From contig CM102287.1 in NCBI GenBank assembly GCA_046563655.1, forward strand, positions 4,960,001 to 5,024,000: 64,000 bases of DNA, written 5' to 3'. Position 1 is the stretch's first letter; each line of letters opens with the position of its first letter. The notes under the pieces are model-generated. The model had not been told where the DNA came from. It ran no database searches and saw only the letters and a list, made by a program, of their open reading frames with translations. This document shows, in pieces, positions 60,901 to 64,000 of this stretch. The position numbers and the translations under genes are program-made. Source of the stretch: Yuukianura sp. NJ FZ-2021. Taxonomy: Eukaryota.

Positions 60901-63900
60901 AGTTACATTATTGTGCATAAATGCACATGCATGTCAAGGTTGAGTTGCACACATTTCTTCCGTTACGTTTACACATGCACAAATTCTGAAGCGAGTGTCA
61001 CAGATTTCTTCATGCATGTTCACATATCCACATATTTTGAACCGAGTTGCTCACCTTTCATAAGCTACGTTCACACACGCCAATATTGTGAACCCAACTG
61101 TACAACTGGGAATACTTTCCAATTCGATAAAAACTGCTGAAGTTGCACGCCATTGTGCAGCTTCGCGGTAATAAAGTACACAAGTACGATATATTCTTAC
61201 ATTACGCACAATTACTATTGTGAAACATTCACTCATGCACATAATTGAGTATGAATTGTACATCCATAATGCATATTGTGCATATATGCACATGTACTCA
61301 CTATACAATGTGAATGGAAGATATGAGATGCACAGATTCCTTTGTGATTCCATGTGTACATGCACTTAATATTGTAACCCCAACAGTATTATTGTGCATG
61401 AACTTTCAGAGCATGTAGCACGATACTCGATTTTTTATTTGAATCAAAATTCAAGCAACTAATCTAGCAATGTTAGCTTAGGTTTTGCTCTTTGACTTGA
61501 GGTAGCTTCACTTTATTTGGTAGTAAATCATTCAGATTAGGTCACGAATTTTGAGGTTTAGAAATATGTGCTCTGAGAGCCAACATTGATTTATACCCAA
61601 TTAAAATCCCGAAATGCGATTTTATGCTTCCTGAACTTCCTGTTTGAGCTCTTTCTCCTTCCCGGAAGACAAGTTAGCGTAGGTCTGTTTGAAAAAAAGT
61701 TTTTCAGTTGGGGCAGCACAAGAAATCCGAATTTGAGTACAATTCTTTGTGCATTAGGTCTTTGCAAACGAGAACTTCTTATTACATTTTGTGTGCCAAC
61801 TTTCTTTTACTGAGGGTAAGGAGAAAGTCAGAAAGAGACACAATGGAAAGTCTGTTTCAGCTGGTGTAACAACGCCTTAAGAATCTGAACAAGTACAAAG
61901 TTTCGTTACAACTTTTCCCACGGCCATGCTTCAGCTGACTTGTCCAAAATTTGGACGCATTACTTGACTCTCACAAACTTTTGTAAAAAATGATTTTCAA
62001 AAGAAGTCAAACTTTAGGCAGAAACTGCATTTCTGGAGAATTTTGTTTAAGAAGTTGCATAATAAAACGTAAAAGCGGTTCACCACTGGTGTCGAACTAG
62101 GCAGACACATTAGAGATTAGACTTTAAGCTGATTTTTCGGATTTGTATTATGTGTAGCCTAGGTTGTGTTTTTTTATGATTTTAAGTTAGTTTTGAGATT
62201 AGGTTTGGCGTTTAAGGTTGTTTTAGGCTTTTCGTGAACTCTTTCTACCAGTAACAGACAAATTATCCGTTTCCGTTTGTTTTTCGTGTCCTGTCAGTGT
62301 ATTCTCAGGAAGTTGTTTGCTTTTACCGCGGCTTTTAAGGTCTTTTTTTAGCTTTGGTTCTACGTCAACTTGACCCATGACCCCACCTACTCACTTAATC
62401 ATTTCCTGGAACTAAAAAAAGTTGGCGGATCCAGGCAGTGCTGGCGGAGAAAGTAAAGCAATAAAGCTCAAGTCGCTGCTCTTTCATTTCTTTGTCAAAT
62501 GGCCTCATCTTGGTTATTAGTTATTGATTTGTAGTCGTTTTAGCTTGTGTATGTTAGGTATGTTTGGTTAGCCTATCCGTGTCACAAGATGTTTTTGTCA
62601 GTGCAATTTGACTTGGCAAGGTCAACACGCCATAGAATTCGAGAGAGCAAGGTCGAAAGGTCACTTCCGCCAAACGAACTCTTGAGCTAAAAGCAAAGTC
62701 GCTTGGCTTTTGGCACACGCTTCCGCGTTATTTTACTCGAGTTATTGCATCAACGTTAACAATGTTCCTTTAGGTTAGCTCTGTTCTTGTTTCCTAGTTG
62801 AAACTTACTTGTTAGTTCATGAACTACGCGTGATTACTGAAAAATTATTCGAAAGCATGAATTTTGTGACCAAAAAATTACTTTCGTAGTTTGAGTTTTC
62901 AATTACGCTGATCCAGTGCAAACTCAATTTGCGTGAGTTTCGTGCTATGTTATGGTTATGGGTCGTATCAATTTTAGGCAGACGCATAGTCGAGTTGATT
63001 AAAATAGAAACAGGATGACCTTTGACCCTGCTGTAGCAAATGTAAATTACAGTTTACCACCTTGATGCAATTTGAAGTAAAAGTTAAAAAAAATACCACC
63101 GTTTCTTTTGGACACAGCATTACATAACTTGAAAGTAAAACAACGTTTTTCTAAAACAAGTTTTTAATTTAGAGTGGCTTAATTTCAGGATCCAAATCTG
63201 GACGAAGCCACTACCTCCTTCATGGCCGTTCCTCCATCAGTTCCCGTTGAAACAGAGGCAAAAGCAAATGGGCAGCAAAGAAACGGCAGCGTTTTGACGC
63301 TGGCGTTGGATGCACCTACTGTTAAAAGCACCAATAACAACGTCGCGACGCCGCCATCTTGTACACCGCTGTGCGACGACGACGAAACCGCGGATGACGA
63401 TGGGAAGCAAGATCAAGATGACTTTGACAAAGTGTCGCTCACGTTCCGCGGTATCTATCTCCCTACGCTCACCAATCGCTTCAAAGAAAAAAAGCTGGAA
63501 GCAGCGTATCAGCGATACGCTTGTCGCCAGGTAACTCAAACTTTAAAACTTGAAACCCATTTTATGAAAAATTGGAATCGTTTTATTTTATTTTTTTAGC
63601 TAAAAAGTTTCAATGTGTGCTTTAAGTGGTAACTTTTTGTTTTGTTTTTCTTTTTACAGAGACAGAAGTCCCTTGTGATTGTAAATTTTATTGACCTTGT
63701 CGTAAAAGTTGTGATGTTGACATTTATCCTCTACTGGAGCTTCGAGATTGACCCCATGGAGAGTGCACAGAGTGACCCAGGTCGTGACATCCACCCCCTC
63801 CAGACAGCCCTTGTCCAGCACATGTTTCTGTTCACTGGAATCTGTTCAGCTCTGAACGTAGTGCTGGGAACACTAGCTTCATGGAAACAATTTGCTAACA

Positions 63901-63951
63901 AGTATCTCCACTGGAACGCTCTCGGAACTTGGCTCCTCCTTTTTCTTCAGG
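57955..63951 (+). CDS. ADCY8: Adenylyl cyclase type 8-like (ADCY8/Ac78C group), 5' partial; continues beyond the window
   Basis: Exons 57955-58082 (phase 2), 59440-59533, 63189-63530, 63660-63951 splice in frame. GIYLPTLTNRFKEKKLEAAYQRYACRQRQKSLVIVNFIDLVVK resembles the AC8 pre-TM segment (recalled as [39 protein letters not shown]) and is followed by hydrophobic TM helices. Exon 2 RPGRHLWHKTYQRISSQR resembles the AC8 N-terminal motif. The catalytic domains lie outside the window. Confidence 0.82.
60824..61414. repeat. Degenerate TGCACA/CATG-rich element with imperfect terminal inverted arms (possible decayed MITE) in the ADCY8 intron
   Basis: AGTTTATGCACAA (60833-60845) vs TTGTGCATGAACT (61392-61404), 12/13 inverted. 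Internal 16-bp direct repeat CACATAATTGAGTATG at 60884 and 61238. No TSD identified. Confidence 0.45.
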
Positions 63952-64000
63952 GTGAAAAAATACAGAGATCTTGATCACAAACATAAAACAATTGAGGCCA

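Noticed and set aside
1..64000. tRNA, rRNA or snRNA genes
   Set aside because: No cloverleaf or rRNA-like segment was recognised. The lone B-box-like GTTCGATTC motifs lack an A box and tRNA fold. tRNAscan-SE/Infernal would be needed to exclude small RNAs.

Overview
Eukaryotic, AT-rich DNA with short (~60-110 nt) GT-AG introns. The DRE motif and scattered TTAGG units suggest an arthropod, possibly a springtail-like hexapod (inference). Positions 1-45 kb contain no host protein-coding exons I can recognise. Their C>G / A>T skew and three candidate minus-strand 5'-UTR exons (~45.1-44.7 kb, ~31.7-31.6 kb, 2182-1974) suggest giant 5' introns of a minus-strand gene whose CDS lies left of the window. 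This region holds (i) a 1.35-kb poly(A)-tailed retro-insertion with a 15-bp TSD encoding only a LINE ORF1-like protein, (ii) a 207-bp hAT-type MITE, (iii) a minisatellite with a higher-order repeat, and (iv) a set of paralogous, collinear non-coding blocks recurring 2-3 times, one at ~21-kb spacing. Positions 46-64 kb are gene-dense: DDX18/pitchoune (-, 7 coding exons, 570 aa), head-to-head with mRpS9 (+, 6 coding exons, 404 aa), then an 18-exon ~953-aa EF-hand-repeat protein (possibly ciliary; X-box-like promoter; probable GC-AG intron), and the 5' part of an ADCY8/Ac78C-type adenylyl cyclase that keeps the AC8 N-terminal calmodulin-binding motif. All gene models were spliced by hand; no searches were run.
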